A stretch of 64,000 nt of DNA from Candidatus Latescibacterota bacterium (GCA_965205975.1 OZ242195.1:3200001-3264000), one strand, 5' to 3'. Positions 48,260 through 58,557 are shown, counted from the first letter of the stretch. Notes: generated by a model from the letters alone, not told the origin. Numbers and translations: made by a program.

Positions 48260-51004
48260 TCAATTGACAATCACAAACAGACCCTTCTGGATCTGACCCT
48301 CACTCGAGGGATGGTGCGACTCAATCGCCCAGATATACGTACCCGCATTCAGACGACCGCGCGTATTGGCATTCAAACCCACCGTGTGCGTATCCCACTC
48401 GATCTCACCGCGCGCCACCGGGTTGCCCCGCTGCGGGTCGAGTGTATCAAAAGTCTGACGCCACGCCAGATCGCCCGTCAGCGTGTAGATGTACAGCGTA
48501 CACCGGCTCGGCACATTGACCCAGCGGATGCGAGGCGCGCCATAGCTGTGCTCATCCCTGCCCTGTACCCAGGGATTGGGCACCACCTTGATCGGCAGCG
48601 ACATGGACTCGTTTTCGTGGTTGAGCAAGGAAGAGGTCAACCGCGGCACAATGCCATCGGCAGGCCACAAGTACTGATTGCGCTCATCCGAATGCCCGGT
48701 TTCCAGACCCTGCTCATCAAACGCACGTACAGAATAGTGGTGAATAAAACCGATAGCGGGTTCTGGATCGATAAACCTGTAGGTACCCCAGCGGAAAGGA
48801 CCATCGACCTCTGCTTCGGCGGGATCCTCCTGGCCTTCTGCCCAGGGCTGATTGTCAAAAGAAGCACCTGCGGGTACGCCGGGCGGCAACTGGCGTTCGC
48901 CTTCGGGTCCCACGGCTTTGGGGATCGTCGCCAGCAATTTCCACGGACCAGCCCGCATAAAATCAGAGCGATAAATCCGATAACCCAGCACATCGGGACG
49001 GCCCAAGTCTGGATCGATCGCCGTATCGGCAATGCCAGACCAGTTTATTTCGATATTGCCTTCGAGGTTTGTAGCCCCATTGACCTTCACATCGGGTGGC
49101 TGGTTGAGCCCGTCAAAGCCCAGGTCATATAGCTTTTGCGCCTCATTGCCGTGTGCATAAATCGCTTCCAGACCCAATTCCAATTCGGGAACCAGACTCT
49201 GCTGCTGCCAATTCCACTCGTAGGGACGCGCATACCCTCTGGTATCTGCGCGATATTTTGCAGAATTGGACGCCATACCCCCTACATAAGCGATCACAAC
49301 TTTGGCCTTATCGCCAGGACCCAGGATATAGGGACCATAAACCTGTGCATCGATCCACGCACCCAGTTCCTCATTGTCGTGGTACTGCAACATTCGGTCT
49401 GTATCATTATCTCCGAGTACGCCGGCGGCATCGCTGTAGATGTCGAACAACTGATTCTCGCCGTGCGTACCGCCATGCGGATCATCGCCCAGTGCCGAAG
49501 AATACATACGCCATCTGAACACAGCGTGAGGCTGTGGACCTTGCGGCTGCACATAACCGCCCTGTCTATCCAGTGCATTGAACGGATGATCGGCTGTTCC
49601 CGTCGCAATCGGCATCATCCCGATATACTGCGGCGAAAGCAAGGTGCCATCTATAATATTAGATGTTGACACGTATTGATGCTGTGCGCGAGACCGGGTA
49701 TAAGGCTCTCCGTAGTCATCCCACAATCGGGCAACCGCATCGCCATCATAAATATACGTCAGGTGCATCGGCGCGCCCTTGTAGTTGTAGGCATAGTCCG
49801 GATGTTCGTAATTGTCCGCCTGTGTATAGCGCCAGTAATCGTCTTGCGTGGAGGGCTGCACAAAATTCCAGGCATTCGAGTTCGAACCGCCAGCAGGCAC
49901 CCAGTCGGCACCTGTCTTGCTGGCAATAAACCCGTTCTTGACCACGATATAAACTTCGTCGAGTTGTTTGGGATACCCGGGATCAGTAATGCCATCGCCA
50001 TCTGTATCGCCATTATTCCAGAATTCCATCTCCGTGATCAAAAAGTCGTCATAATCCCCCCGGGTCCTGATCGAAGACTGCTTGCCATTGGGAGATGGCA
50101 CCGGGATCATCACGTCATTATCCGTACCCGGCGTGGAATACGCATGCACCATCCGCTTCACCGAAATGCCCGAAGCCTGCGACCAGCCCGTCACCAGCAG
50201 ATTCTCGCCGAACAACTCGGGCGACAAACGCGGATCATTGTGACTGACGCCATTTGACCGCATCTGATTCAACCCGGCGCGCACCCTGTTGTAGGACGAC
50301 TCCAGCATCTGCTTGAACCCCTCATTGTTCAGCGGATAAAACCCAAAACCCCAGTTGTAATAATCCATTGGCTCCACTTTGTCGGGACCAGGCGGAAAAC
50401 CGCGTTGTCCCAAACCGCCATAGGTGGCGACAGCATACTGGTATTCCACAGGCTCGCCATTCACAAAATTGTGCGTGATCTTCATATTTCTCATGCGGGG
50501 CCAGTAAAGCGCGGCATTCTGTCCGTAATTGTACAGATTAAATGGACGACCGCCAGCCCGCCACACAGACCGCCAGATCGATGCAATGCTTTCGACATTA
50601 TTGCGCGGATTGTGCTGGATCGGGAAAACATCTGCGGAAGGCTGGCGGGGACCTCCCTGAGATACATATTTGCGCCCATCGTCTGTGCGCGCCATCACCC
50701 ACACGCCGTTGCCCCGCGAATTGTCCTGCCGGTTAAACCGGTTCACAATACCCGACCGATAGGTCGAGGTCCACCGTCCGGGATAAGCCATGCCCACTTC
50801 GGGACCAAAGATGTTGCCACCATCCAGCGAATGCCCCAGGGTGCCATTATTGCGCATCGACAACCAGAGTTTCGCGCGATTGGTCGTGCGGCGGCGCGTG
50901 CGCTGCTGCGCCTCGGCATCGATTATTGTCCACAACTCCGATGCACCCCAAAGCACCACAAAGGCGAGCAACACCCGCGTAAATCTCTTAAATATCCGTT
51001 GCAT
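48260..51004 (-). CDS. Large secreted protein with Fn3-like region and T9SS-type-A/FlgD-Ig-like C-terminal domain
   Basis: Signal peptide; GYRIYRS; C-terminal IKVVPNP...IRWVNVP...LYIYTLTGDL...EWD...GTYIWAIE...GLFVIVN. Confidence 0.7.
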   Translation of the reverse strand: MQRIFKRFTRVLLAFVVLWGASELWTIIDAEAQQRTRRRTTNRAKLWLSMRNNGTLGHSLDGGNIFGPEVGMAYPGRWTSTYRSGIVNRFNRQDNSRGNGVWVMARTDDGRKYVSQGGPRQPSADVFPIQHNPRNNVESIASIWRSVWRAGGRPFNLYNYGQNAALYWPRMRNMKITHNFVNGEPVEYQYAVATYGGLGQRGFPPGPDKVEPMDYYNWGFGFYPLNNEGFKQMLESSYNRVRAGLNQMRSNGVSHNDPRLSPELFGENLLVTGWSQASGISVKRMVHAYSTPGTDNDVMIPVPSPNGKQSSIRTRGDYDDFLITEMEFWNNGDTDGDGITDPGYPKQLDEVYIVVKNGFIASKTGADWVPAGGSNSNAWNFVQPSTQDDYWRYTQADNYEHPDYAYNYKGAPMHLTYIYDGDAVARLWDDYGEPYTRSRAQHQYVSTSNIIDGTLLSPQYIGMMPIATGTADHPFNALDRQGGYVQPQGPQPHAVFRWRMYSSALGDDPHGGTHGENQLFDIYSDAAGVLGDNDTDRMLQYHDNEELGAWIDAQVYGPYILGPGDKAKVVIAYVGGMASNSAKYRADTRGYARPYEWNWQQQSLVPELELGLEAIYAHGNEAQKLYDLGFDGLNQPPDVKVNGATNLEGNIEINWSGIADTAIDPDLGRPDVLGYRIYRSDFMRAGPWKLLATIPKAVGPEGERQLPPGVPAGASFDNQPWAEGQEDPAEAEVDGPFRWGTYRFIDPEPAIGFIHHYSVRAFDEQGLETGHSDERNQYLWPADGIVPRLTSSLLNHENESMSLPIKVVPNPWVQGRDEHSYGAPRIRWVNVPSRCTLYIYTLTGDLAWRQTFDTLDPQRGNPVARGEIEWDTHTVGLNANTRGRLNAGTYIWAIESHHPSSEGQIQKGLFVIVN

Positions 51005-51023
51005 AAGCTAACTCCTTATTAGA

Positions 51024-51073
51024 TAGCGGTCAGCAATCGGCTTTTCCGCTGACTGCTGACCGCTGAAAGCTGA
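51024..51073. repeat. Heptamer-based inverted repeat hairpin
   Basis: AGCGGTCAGCAATCGGC...GCTGACTGCTGACCGCT. Confidence 0.65.
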
Positions 51074-51076
51074 GCT

Positions 51077-54000
51077 TTAGAATCTCATCCGCAAACCAAA
51101 GTGGAACTCGCGAGGTGAATCCTGATACCGCAGATAATCACCCACATCGCCGTATTCGATATATTCGGGGTTGTCCGGCAATGGCGTGTAAATCACACCC
51201 CATTCCACGTATTCAGACCCCACTTCCACCAGCTGGTTATCCACGCGATACCAGATATGCGGATCTTTCTGGTTGAAGAGATTAAAGGCTTCGAAGAAAG
51301 CCGTCACACTCGCGCGCCTGTTGAACTTAAAGGTCTTCTCAAAGTTGAGATCTGTGCGCGTGTGAATCGGACCATTGTAGAAGCCTTCGCCGCCTCTTTC
51401 CGGCGGAGAATAGAAAAACCTGCGCCCCGTGAACAGGCGATACACCATATTCAGACGCAAATTTTCAAACGGGTTGAAGCCCACAAACCGCGGACCAAAC
51501 TTGTCGGGCGACGTAAACATAAAGGTCACCGTGCCAAAGTTGGTTCGGTTCAAATTGGCGGGCCGAAACTCCTGAGACTGGTTGAGGCGCTGCAACCAGG
51601 TCGAGGCGCCTTTGCCATCCCAGTTGAGCAGGCTGTTTTCCGGATCCAGCGACCAGTTGTTGCGCCCAGCAGCATCTTCGACCAGTTCGAGATGATTGCG
51701 CGCCTGACTGCCAAAAGCCTGTGCCCGCGTAAAGCGCGTAATACCATCCATGGGCCGCGGGAACTCCTCGCCCGTATCGCTGCCATTGACAATACCCGGA
51801 CCAGCGACACCTTCGTCGGTAAGAAAATCGCCGTCGCCATTGGAATCGTGCGTCCACTCATACCAGTAATGCGACAAAAAGTTGCCATCGTTGTCGATAT
51901 AGCCGGCATAGTTCCCAAAGTTCGACGGATTCTTGGTCGCCAGCCTGTCTGGATTGATATAGTGCGACCCGCGAACACCCGAGTTGCCATTTTCAACCCA
52001 CTGCACATTGTAGGCAATCGTAAACGCCGTCATGTAGTTGAATTTCTTTTTAACCGACAACTCAAAGCCGCGCGTGTCGCGGTTATTCGTCTGCCCCGAT
52101 GACTGCACGGATCGGTTGTGCTGCAAACCCTGAGACTGCATCCCGTAAACGCCACCGCTGCGGCGGAAGACCTGCTGCTTGTAATACGCCGTTATACCCG
52201 CCGTGTAATCCGTGATGAAGTTCCAGTCTGCACCCACTTCAAAACTCGTGGTTATCAGCGGCCTGATATTGGGCCAGCCCCACTGCCCCGCATCCACGAC
52301 ATCCTGTGTGTTGTACAGCTCGGACTCGTCGATTCGACCATTCTTGTTCACATCCAGAAAATCCTCTTCGGTGCGGTAGCTGTGTGAGAAAATCCACCAG
52401 AACTGCTCAATTTGTTCAAACTTGCCAAAGGTGAAGTGCATCGCGCTGCTCTCCGTAATCGGATGCGACACACCCACGCGCGGCGACAAGACGTGAATTG
52501 ATCCCGGACGATAGGTCGGAATGCCCTCGACCTTTGTCGGATCGTGATATTTGTAAAATGGGATAAAATACGCTGACTGTGGCATCTCGGTATTCGGGCT
52601 CCAGCGCAAACCGCGCAAGCCCACATTCACCACAATCCCCTCAAACTCCATTTTATCCTGGAAATATATGGCGTATTGACGCGGCACCACGCCGACATTG
52701 GGATTGTTGAACTGGCTGTAGTACCGATTGATCAAACCCCTGAAGTCGTTCTTGTTGCGCGAGAAACCCCAGTTGTCGTAGAACAAAAAGTCAATACCCG
52801 TTTTGATGAAGTGTCCCTTGGTCACCTGGCTCGAATAATCGACCTTGAGCTGGTAGCGGTCACGCTCTGAATTTGTCCAGTTCACCACCGGGCGGCCAAT
52901 GTAAAACCAACCAGACTCATTGCCAATACCCGGCTCGACATAAGGCTGATCTGTATTGAAGGGCAGTTCCGTATTTACCTCAGATGTACGAGAATACGAG
53001 AACCGGATTTCGTAAAATGTGCGCGCCGACAGCGTATGCGTCAAAGACGCGTAATTCATAAAATCGCGCGTGCGCAACTTGCCCGCCCCCGAGTATTCCG
53101 CAGGCACAAAGAGGTTGCGACCAGAAGAGTTCATATTCTTGCGCGAACCCTGTTCAATGCGCCGAATAACGCCCGCATTGTACCGAGAACGCTGATTGAA
53201 TATAGACCCATAGTTAAATCTGATGTTGTTACTCGGGCGATACGTCAACTTTAAGTTCGTGCGATTGTTAGGCAGTGATACCGCCGTGGGCGCGGGCAAA
53301 GACGAGGGATTGCGATTTACCGAAGACGTCAGCGTGAAGCCCAGTTTCCTCATAATCGGGCCGCCCAGCATTGCTTCGCCACGACCACCCCACACGCCCG
53401 TGTAATCCTGACGCACGTGAACCTTGCGCTGAACATCGTCGGTGGCAAACTGAGGATCCGTTATCTCGCCCGTCTGATTGTCGTGCCCCAATATCCCATC
53501 GGAACCCGGATACCACGCTTGCAAGTTTTCCCACTCGGGATTGCCCCACTGCATCCTGCCGCGATGCACGGGCGACTCATACACATTGTTGCCCCAGTGC
53601 TTTTGTCCGGGAGGCGTAATGCGATATTCGCCCCTGCCCGTGTATCTCTGACCGCCCTCTTTGGTCACCACCGAAACCACAGAACCCGCATTGCCGTACT
53701 CCGCATTCATCCCGCCACTCAACACCGTCAGTTCTTGCACGGCACTCGTGTTCACACCCTGAAACCGCGTAAATCCGGCACGCGCATCGTTATTCACCAC
53801 GCGCACCCCATCGACCATATACGCCGTCTCCCAGAAGTTGCCACCGCGAACACTCTCCTCTTCATCCGGGGTCACGCCCGCCTGCAACTCCACAAAGTCC
53901 GACATCTCGCGAACGATCGGCAGTGACTCAATCTCTTCTGCCGTAATAACGGATTTACTCTCCGTCTTGTCGTGCTCCACTGCCGGACGCTCGGCAACGA

Positions 54001-54355
54001 CGATCATCTCGCCCAATTGGAGCGCTTCTTCCTGCATCTCAAAGTTCACCGTCGTGGTATGGTCAACATTGACGATCACACCTGTGCGAACAGACTTTGA
54101 ATACCCCATCATAACGACTTCAACATCATAGGTCCCCGGAGGTATATTGATGATAAAGTATTCACCCTCTTCATCGGTGATCCCGGCGCGTTTCACGCCA
54201 TCGATATCGATCACCACATTGGCACCCGGCAGCGGATCACCTGTAATCTCAGTGACCAGTCCACTGATTTTACCCGTTGTGGCCGCTTCTGCCAATCCGG
54301 TGCTGATCACCAGGGCGACCAGCAGACCCAGACAACACAATAATCGCTTGCTCAT
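51077..54355 (-). CDS. TonB-dependent receptor, non-SusC FCB type
   Basis: TTGKISG...PLPGANV, VRGG...YMVDG, GGMNAEYGNA, QDKMEF, SPRVGVSHPIT, terminal PREFHFGLRMRF. Confidence 0.9.
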   Translation of the reverse strand: MSKRLLCCLGLLVALVISTGLAEAATTGKISGLVTEITGDPLPGANVVIDIDGVKRAGITDEEGEYFIINIPPGTYDVEVVMMGYSKSVRTGVIVNVDHTTTVNFEMQEEALQLGEMIVVAERPAVEHDKTESKSVITAEEIESLPIVREMSDFVELQAGVTPDEEESVRGGNFWETAYMVDGVRVVNNDARAGFTRFQGVNTSAVQELTVLSGGMNAEYGNAGSVVSVVTKEGGQRYTGRGEYRITPPGQKHWGNNVYESPVHRGRMQWGNPEWENLQAWYPGSDGILGHDNQTGEITDPQFATDDVQRKVHVRQDYTGVWGGRGEAMLGGPIMRKLGFTLTSSVNRNPSSLPAPTAVSLPNNRTNLKLTYRPSNNIRFNYGSIFNQRSRYNAGVIRRIEQGSRKNMNSSGRNLFVPAEYSGAGKLRTRDFMNYASLTHTLSARTFYEIRFSYSRTSEVNTELPFNTDQPYVEPGIGNESGWFYIGRPVVNWTNSERDRYQLKVDYSSQVTKGHFIKTGIDFLFYDNWGFSRNKNDFRGLINRYYSQFNNPNVGVVPRQYAIYFQDKMEFEGIVVNVGLRGLRWSPNTEMPQSAYFIPFYKYHDPTKVEGIPTYRPGSIHVLSPRVGVSHPITESSAMHFTFGKFEQIEQFWWIFSHSYRTEEDFLDVNKNGRIDESELYNTQDVVDAGQWGWPNIRPLITTSFEVGADWNFITDYTAGITAYYKQQVFRRSGGVYGMQSQGLQHNRSVQSSGQTNNRDTRGFELSVKKKFNYMTAFTIAYNVQWVENGNSGVRGSHYINPDRLATKNPSNFGNYAGYIDNDGNFLSHYWYEWTHDSNGDGDFLTDEGVAGPGIVNGSDTGEEFPRPMDGITRFTRAQAFGSQARNHLELVEDAAGRNNWSLDPENSLLNWDGKGASTWLQRLNQSQEFRPANLNRTNFGTVTFMFTSPDKFGPRFVGFNPFENLRLNMVYRLFTGRRFFYSPPERGGEGFYNGPIHTRTDLNFEKTFKFNRRASVTAFFEAFNLFNQKDPHIWYRVDNQLVEVGSEYVEWGVIYTPLPDNPEYIEYGDVGDYLRYQDSPREFHFGLRMRF

Positions 54356-54392
54356 TTACGACCCTCCATAAAAAATGGTGAGTGAATCTCTT

Positions 54393-55211
54393 TTACTCAA
54401 AATAATATTTAAAACTCACACCAGCATCCACTGTCCCGATCGGAAACGCCTTGTTCATTCCCCAGGCGGTCAATGGATTGATCTCGCCAAAAATGAGATT
54501 GTAGCGCACGCGAAAATCAAGCCCATAAGAAGCACCCAGCGATCCCTCAAAACCCGCACTGATGGGAATTGTCCACGCTGTCCGCGTATCCTCTGTGGGC
54601 ACCAACCCGTGCAATAACACCTGACCATTGTCAATTATGCCGATGTTATCCCTCTGAGCTTCGGTCAGATTCTTGGTATCCAGGGAAGAGTTCGGATTGC
54701 CCGGATACACCAGCGATATCTGCACACCGCCGCGATCCACCTCTTCTGGAATATCGCGATTGATCGGGGCAATCAAGCCACGCACCTTGTGGCTATAATC
54801 GTAAAACCCAAGGCCCAAGCCCAGATAAGGCGACCACTTGCGGTCGGACATGGTCTCGGCATTTTCCCTGAAAAACCACAGCCAGTTCGAAGCCACGCTA
54901 TTCCAGATCATCTCTGAATCGGCTTCAGGACTCGGGACCTGACGATCTTTGTATTCGAACGTGCGCCCGGGAAGATTTGAATTGCGGAACTTAGAGTAGT
55001 GATACTCCACCTCTGTGGTCAAACGCGGAGAAATCACATAACTCACATTCAAGCCGTACTTCAAATCACCAGCATACCAGCCGCTCAAAGGACCCGTTGG
55101 CTGGTGATAGTTCACCAATCCGCCAATAGCCCACAGGTCTGCATCGCGGGCATCTGCGGAAGATACAGCAAATAGAAAAACCCCGGCGTACAAACTCAGA
55201 AATCTTTTCAA
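54393..55211 (-). CDS. Outer-membrane beta-barrel protein (OmpA/OmpW-like transmembrane domain)
   Basis: Signal peptide; SPYLGLGLGFY; alternating strands; terminal FKYYFE; TTG start with AGGAGG. Confidence 0.65.
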   Translation of the reverse strand: MKRFLSLYAGVFLFAVSSADARDADLWAIGGLVNYHQPTGPLSGWYAGDLKYGLNVSYVISPRLTTEVEYHYSKFRNSNLPGRTFEYKDRQVPSPEADSEMIWNSVASNWLWFFRENAETMSDRKWSPYLGLGLGFYDYSHKVRGLIAPINRDIPEEVDRGGVQISLVYPGNPNSSLDTKNLTEAQRDNIGIIDNGQVLLHGLVPTEDTRTAWTIPISAGFEGSLGASYGLDFRVRYNLIFGEINPLTAWGMNKAFPIGTVDAGVSFKYYFE

Positions 55212-55812
55212 AAGTGCCTCCTTGGGTTTGGGGTGAGCAAAAAAATGCCTCTTTTTTATTTCTATGGAACACGAGTGCTGACCTCGTGGTCTAATCCTGC
55301 GAAATAGAGCATAGACAAATCAGCGCATAAACAGTACAACTGGTTTCGGGTAAACAAAAAGAGGGGACAGTATAATGCCGAATAATCGGCAAGACAAGCG
55401 TTTTCTACAGCACGTACCAAGACAAATTATTCTTCCAAGAAAGCATTCAAGACCGGGTTGAAAATTGAGATTATCTTGCGTTGTTGCATGCAAAAAATAA
55501 GCTCAACAGATACAGTTTTGCATATATCTCATTAAAAAACAATGTTTTACGAAAAAAATATATTCAAAAAACTTATTGAATAAAACGTTCAAAATAAGAA
55601 CTTCTAAATTGCTATATTAAAGCGTAAGCAAATAGAAATAAAAGAGTTAAAATAACCTTGTCAACGAAAAGTTTGTTAAAATTTGTAACAGGGCAATTAT
55701 TTTGATTTTATAGGACTTACCGATCTTTAAAAAATGACAAGCAAAACCTTCTGGATCGCGCGGAACGGCACAGGGGCCGTCCCCTACAACACCTTGCCGC
55801 GATGACGGACAC

Positions 55813-55836
55813 GGGCGAGGCATGCCTCGCCCCTAC
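55813..55836 (-). repeat. GTAG-type REP palindrome GGGCGAGGCATGCCTCGCCCCTAC (identical at 59536-59559 and 63004-63027)
   Basis: Three exact copies, each just downstream of a minus-strand stop. Confidence 0.9.
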
Positions 55837-55850
55837 ATTGATGTGTAAGG

Positions 55851-56846
55851 TCAACGCATTTTTAACATCCGATTGATCTCTGCCCCATTCAACTTTCTTT
55901 CAAAACGCGGACCGTATTTGGCGACAACGCGCGAGGAAACATAAGTCGCGAGCCTCGCGGCCTGAGCCGCGTCATACCCCCGGGTCACGGCAAACAAATA
56001 CGCCCCGGCAAAAGAATCCCCCGCGCCATTGGTATCCACAGCATCTACCACAAAACCCGGCGCGTGAAATACATCACCACCATCGCAGACCCGGGCACCG
56101 TCTGCACCATACGTCAGAGCCAAACCACCTACGCGATGGCGCAACGCATCAAAAGCCTCTTCCGTTGTCTCGGCACCTGTAAATATCCTGCCCTCATCCT
56201 CATTGCAAAACAGCATATCCACGCCCGCATCGACCAATGCCGTCATTCTATCCTTAAAAGCAGCCACAATAGACGGATCGCTCAGGGTAAGCGCGACCTT
56301 TGTACCGTGCGCCTGCGCCACCTTTTGCGCCGCCTGTGCCGCTTCAAAGCCATCATCTGCCGCAATTAGATAACCCTCAATATAAATATACTGGCTGTCG
56401 GCAATCACACCATCCTCAACCTGCGCCACACCAAACGTACTCGTAATCCCCAAAAATGTATTCATCGTGCGATCTGCATCCTCCGTAATCATCACCAGAC
56501 ACTTGCCCGTAACCCCTTCCCCGCGATGTGGCGGATTGCACGCCACCCCCGCAGCACTGAGGTCGCGAAGATAAAACTCGCCATCCGTATCCTCAGCCAC
56601 CTTGCATCCGTAATATCCTTGTCCACCACAATTGGCCAACGCGATCATCGTATTGGCCGCCGAACCGCCCGATGAACGCGCCATCTCTTTCCCGCCCAAA
56701 GCATCGATCAACGCGCGCTGGCGATCTCCGTCAATCAACGTCATCACACCCTTGTCAATCCCCATCGCCTCAAAAAACGACGGATCAACCCGAAACTGAA
56801 TATCCACCAGCGCATTGCCCAGTCCATACACATCGTATTGACGCAT
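55851..56846 (-). CDS. PfkB-family carbohydrate kinase (adenosine kinase-like)
   Basis: GNALVD, GGSAANT, NEDE, DTNGAGDSFAG. Confidence 0.9.
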   Translation of the reverse strand: MRQYDVYGLGNALVDIQFRVDPSFFEAMGIDKGVMTLIDGDRQRALIDALGGKEMARSSGGSAANTMIALANCGGQGYYGCKVAEDTDGEFYLRDLSAAGVACNPPHRGEGVTGKCLVMITEDADRTMNTFLGITSTFGVAQVEDGVIADSQYIYIEGYLIAADDGFEAAQAAQKVAQAHGTKVALTLSDPSIVAAFKDRMTALVDAGVDMLFCNEDEGRIFTGAETTEEAFDALRHRVGGLALTYGADGARVCDGGDVFHAPGFVVDAVDTNGAGDSFAGAYLFAVTRGYDAAQAARLATYVSSRVVAKYGPRFERKLNGAEINRMLKMR

Positions 56847-57077
56847 AAAATCTCCTCAAAGAATCAACGAACCCCGCTCCGACACCCCCCAAAATGCAAC
56901 CACCGATGAACACGGATTAACACAGATGGAAAGGCGCGATCAGCGGAATGGTGTTATCAGCGCATGCCGCGCACATCAAATAAAAAACTCTATATGTCGT
57001 TATCCCACAATATTAAAATTATAGTGGTCAACAGGCAGCGGGCGACCACAGGGGGTCGCCCCTACAAACCACAATAT

Positions 57078-58388
57078 CTATGGATGCAACCTGTTGGGCG
57101 TGCGGGACAAAAAGGTCGTCTCGCGCACAGAGGACAAGTCGAGCATAACCATGAGCAGGCGCGACAGGCCAAAACCAAATCCCCCGTGCGGAGGACATCC
57201 GTACTTAAAAAAATCGAGATAAAACTGGATAACCTCTAAATCCAGCCCCTTCTCTCTCGCCTGCGTCCTCAGAACATCGGGACGGTGTTCGCGTTGCGCC
57301 CCTGTGGTAATTTCCACACCGCGATAGAGCAGGTCAAAACTCCTGGTCAACTCAGGATATTCTGGATGACGCATATGGTAAAATGGCCGCACAGACACCG
57401 GGTAGTCTATCACAAAGACATAATCGCATCCCCGGGTCTTGCGGATATATTCACCCAGCAGACGCTCGCCCTTTGGATCGAGATCGCCTTCCCGCTCTGG
57501 CGCGTGGCCCTGTTCGGACAACACCGCCAATGCCTCGGCCATCGCGATCCGCGGAAAAGGCAGCGCTGGCACCGCGAGTTCAACATCGTAATTTTCGGCA
57601 ATCGCGTCACCGTATGTCTTTCCCGCACAGCATAAATGACATGCTGGAGCCATTGCTTCTTCAAATGCCATCACATCCTCGTGACTATCAATCCATGCGA
57701 TCTCGACATCCACACTGGTAAACTCCGTCGTATGGCGCGAAGTAAATGAGGGATCGGCGCGAAAAACGGGCGCAATCTCAAACACGCGATCAAAACCAGA
57801 CGCCATCGCCATCTGTTTGTAAAACTGGGGCGATTGCGCCAGATAGGCCGTAGAATTGAAATACGGCAGCGCAAACAACTCAGCCCCCGATTCACTGGCA
57901 GTACCCATCAGTTTTGGGGAGTGGATTTCGATAAAATGATTCCGCATCCAGTACTCGCGCATCGCCATTTCAACAGCAGTCTGTATCTCAAAAATCAACC
58001 GATTGCTCGGAACGCGAAGATCGAGATGTCGCCAATCCAGCCGATGATCTATACCCGATACATTTTCGGAAAACGGATCCAGAGGCAACGGCGATTCAGC
58101 TACATTGACGACACTCAGGCCCTCAAGCTGAATCTCAACACCCCCCAGACGAACACTGGGATTTTCTACAACACGTCCACTTATGGATATCGCCGATTCT
58201 CGCGTAAGAGCCGAAACCCGCTCAGCCAACGCCCCTGTCTTTTCGTGAACAACCTGTACACTTCCCGTGCGATTTCTCAAAATGAGAAACTGGACATGCT
58301 TTTGGTCGCGCAGGGCATGCACCCATCCCTGAAGGGTAACGGTTTGGCCGATATATTTGGACAGTTCAGATATTGCAATGTATTTCAT
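57078..58388 (-). CDS. aspS: Archaeal-type non-discriminating aspartyl-tRNA(Asp/Asn) synthetase
   Basis: 436 aa, no GAD insertion; OB-fold GWVH..RD, LAQSPQFYKQ, FRA...RH..EF, GAQREH, PPHGGFGFGLSR, RLHP. Confidence 0.9.
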   Translation of the reverse strand: MKYIAISELSKYIGQTVTLQGWVHALRDQKHVQFLILRNRTGSVQVVHEKTGALAERVSALTRESAISISGRVVENPSVRLGGVEIQLEGLSVVNVAESPLPLDPFSENVSGIDHRLDWRHLDLRVPSNRLIFEIQTAVEMAMREYWMRNHFIEIHSPKLMGTASESGAELFALPYFNSTAYLAQSPQFYKQMAMASGFDRVFEIAPVFRADPSFTSRHTTEFTSVDVEIAWIDSHEDVMAFEEAMAPACHLCCAGKTYGDAIAENYDVELAVPALPFPRIAMAEALAVLSEQGHAPEREGDLDPKGERLLGEYIRKTRGCDYVFVIDYPVSVRPFYHMRHPEYPELTRSFDLLYRGVEITTGAQREHRPDVLRTQAREKGLDLEVIQFYLDFFKYGCPPHGGFGFGLSRLLMVMLDLSSVRETTFLSRTPNRLHP

Positions 58389-58411
58389 GACAGACTCCTT
58401 TTATTTCAGGT

Positions 58412-58485
58412 AATGTGGAACAGATGCTTCGACTCCGTTTCACTCCGCTCAGCATGACAAACACCCAGACCTGCGTAACGTCAGT
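58412..58485. mobile_element. MITE copy 3, internally deleted and inverted
   Basis: One intact TIR TGCGTAACGTCAGT plus half of the internal palindrome; flanked by CAGGT at 58407-58411 and 58486-58490. Confidence 0.7.
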
Positions 58486-58492
58486 CAGGTAC

Positions 58493-58528
58493 AAAAAAAG
58501 CCCGTTGTCGAAAAATACGACAACGGGC
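58493..58528 (-). terminator. Attenuator terminator upstream of aspS
   Basis: GCCCGTTGTCG-TATTTTT-CGACAACGGGC-T7, perfect 11-bp stem. Confidence 0.9.
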
Positions 58529-58557
58529 ACTATACTCTAATACTGGCACAAAACGAC

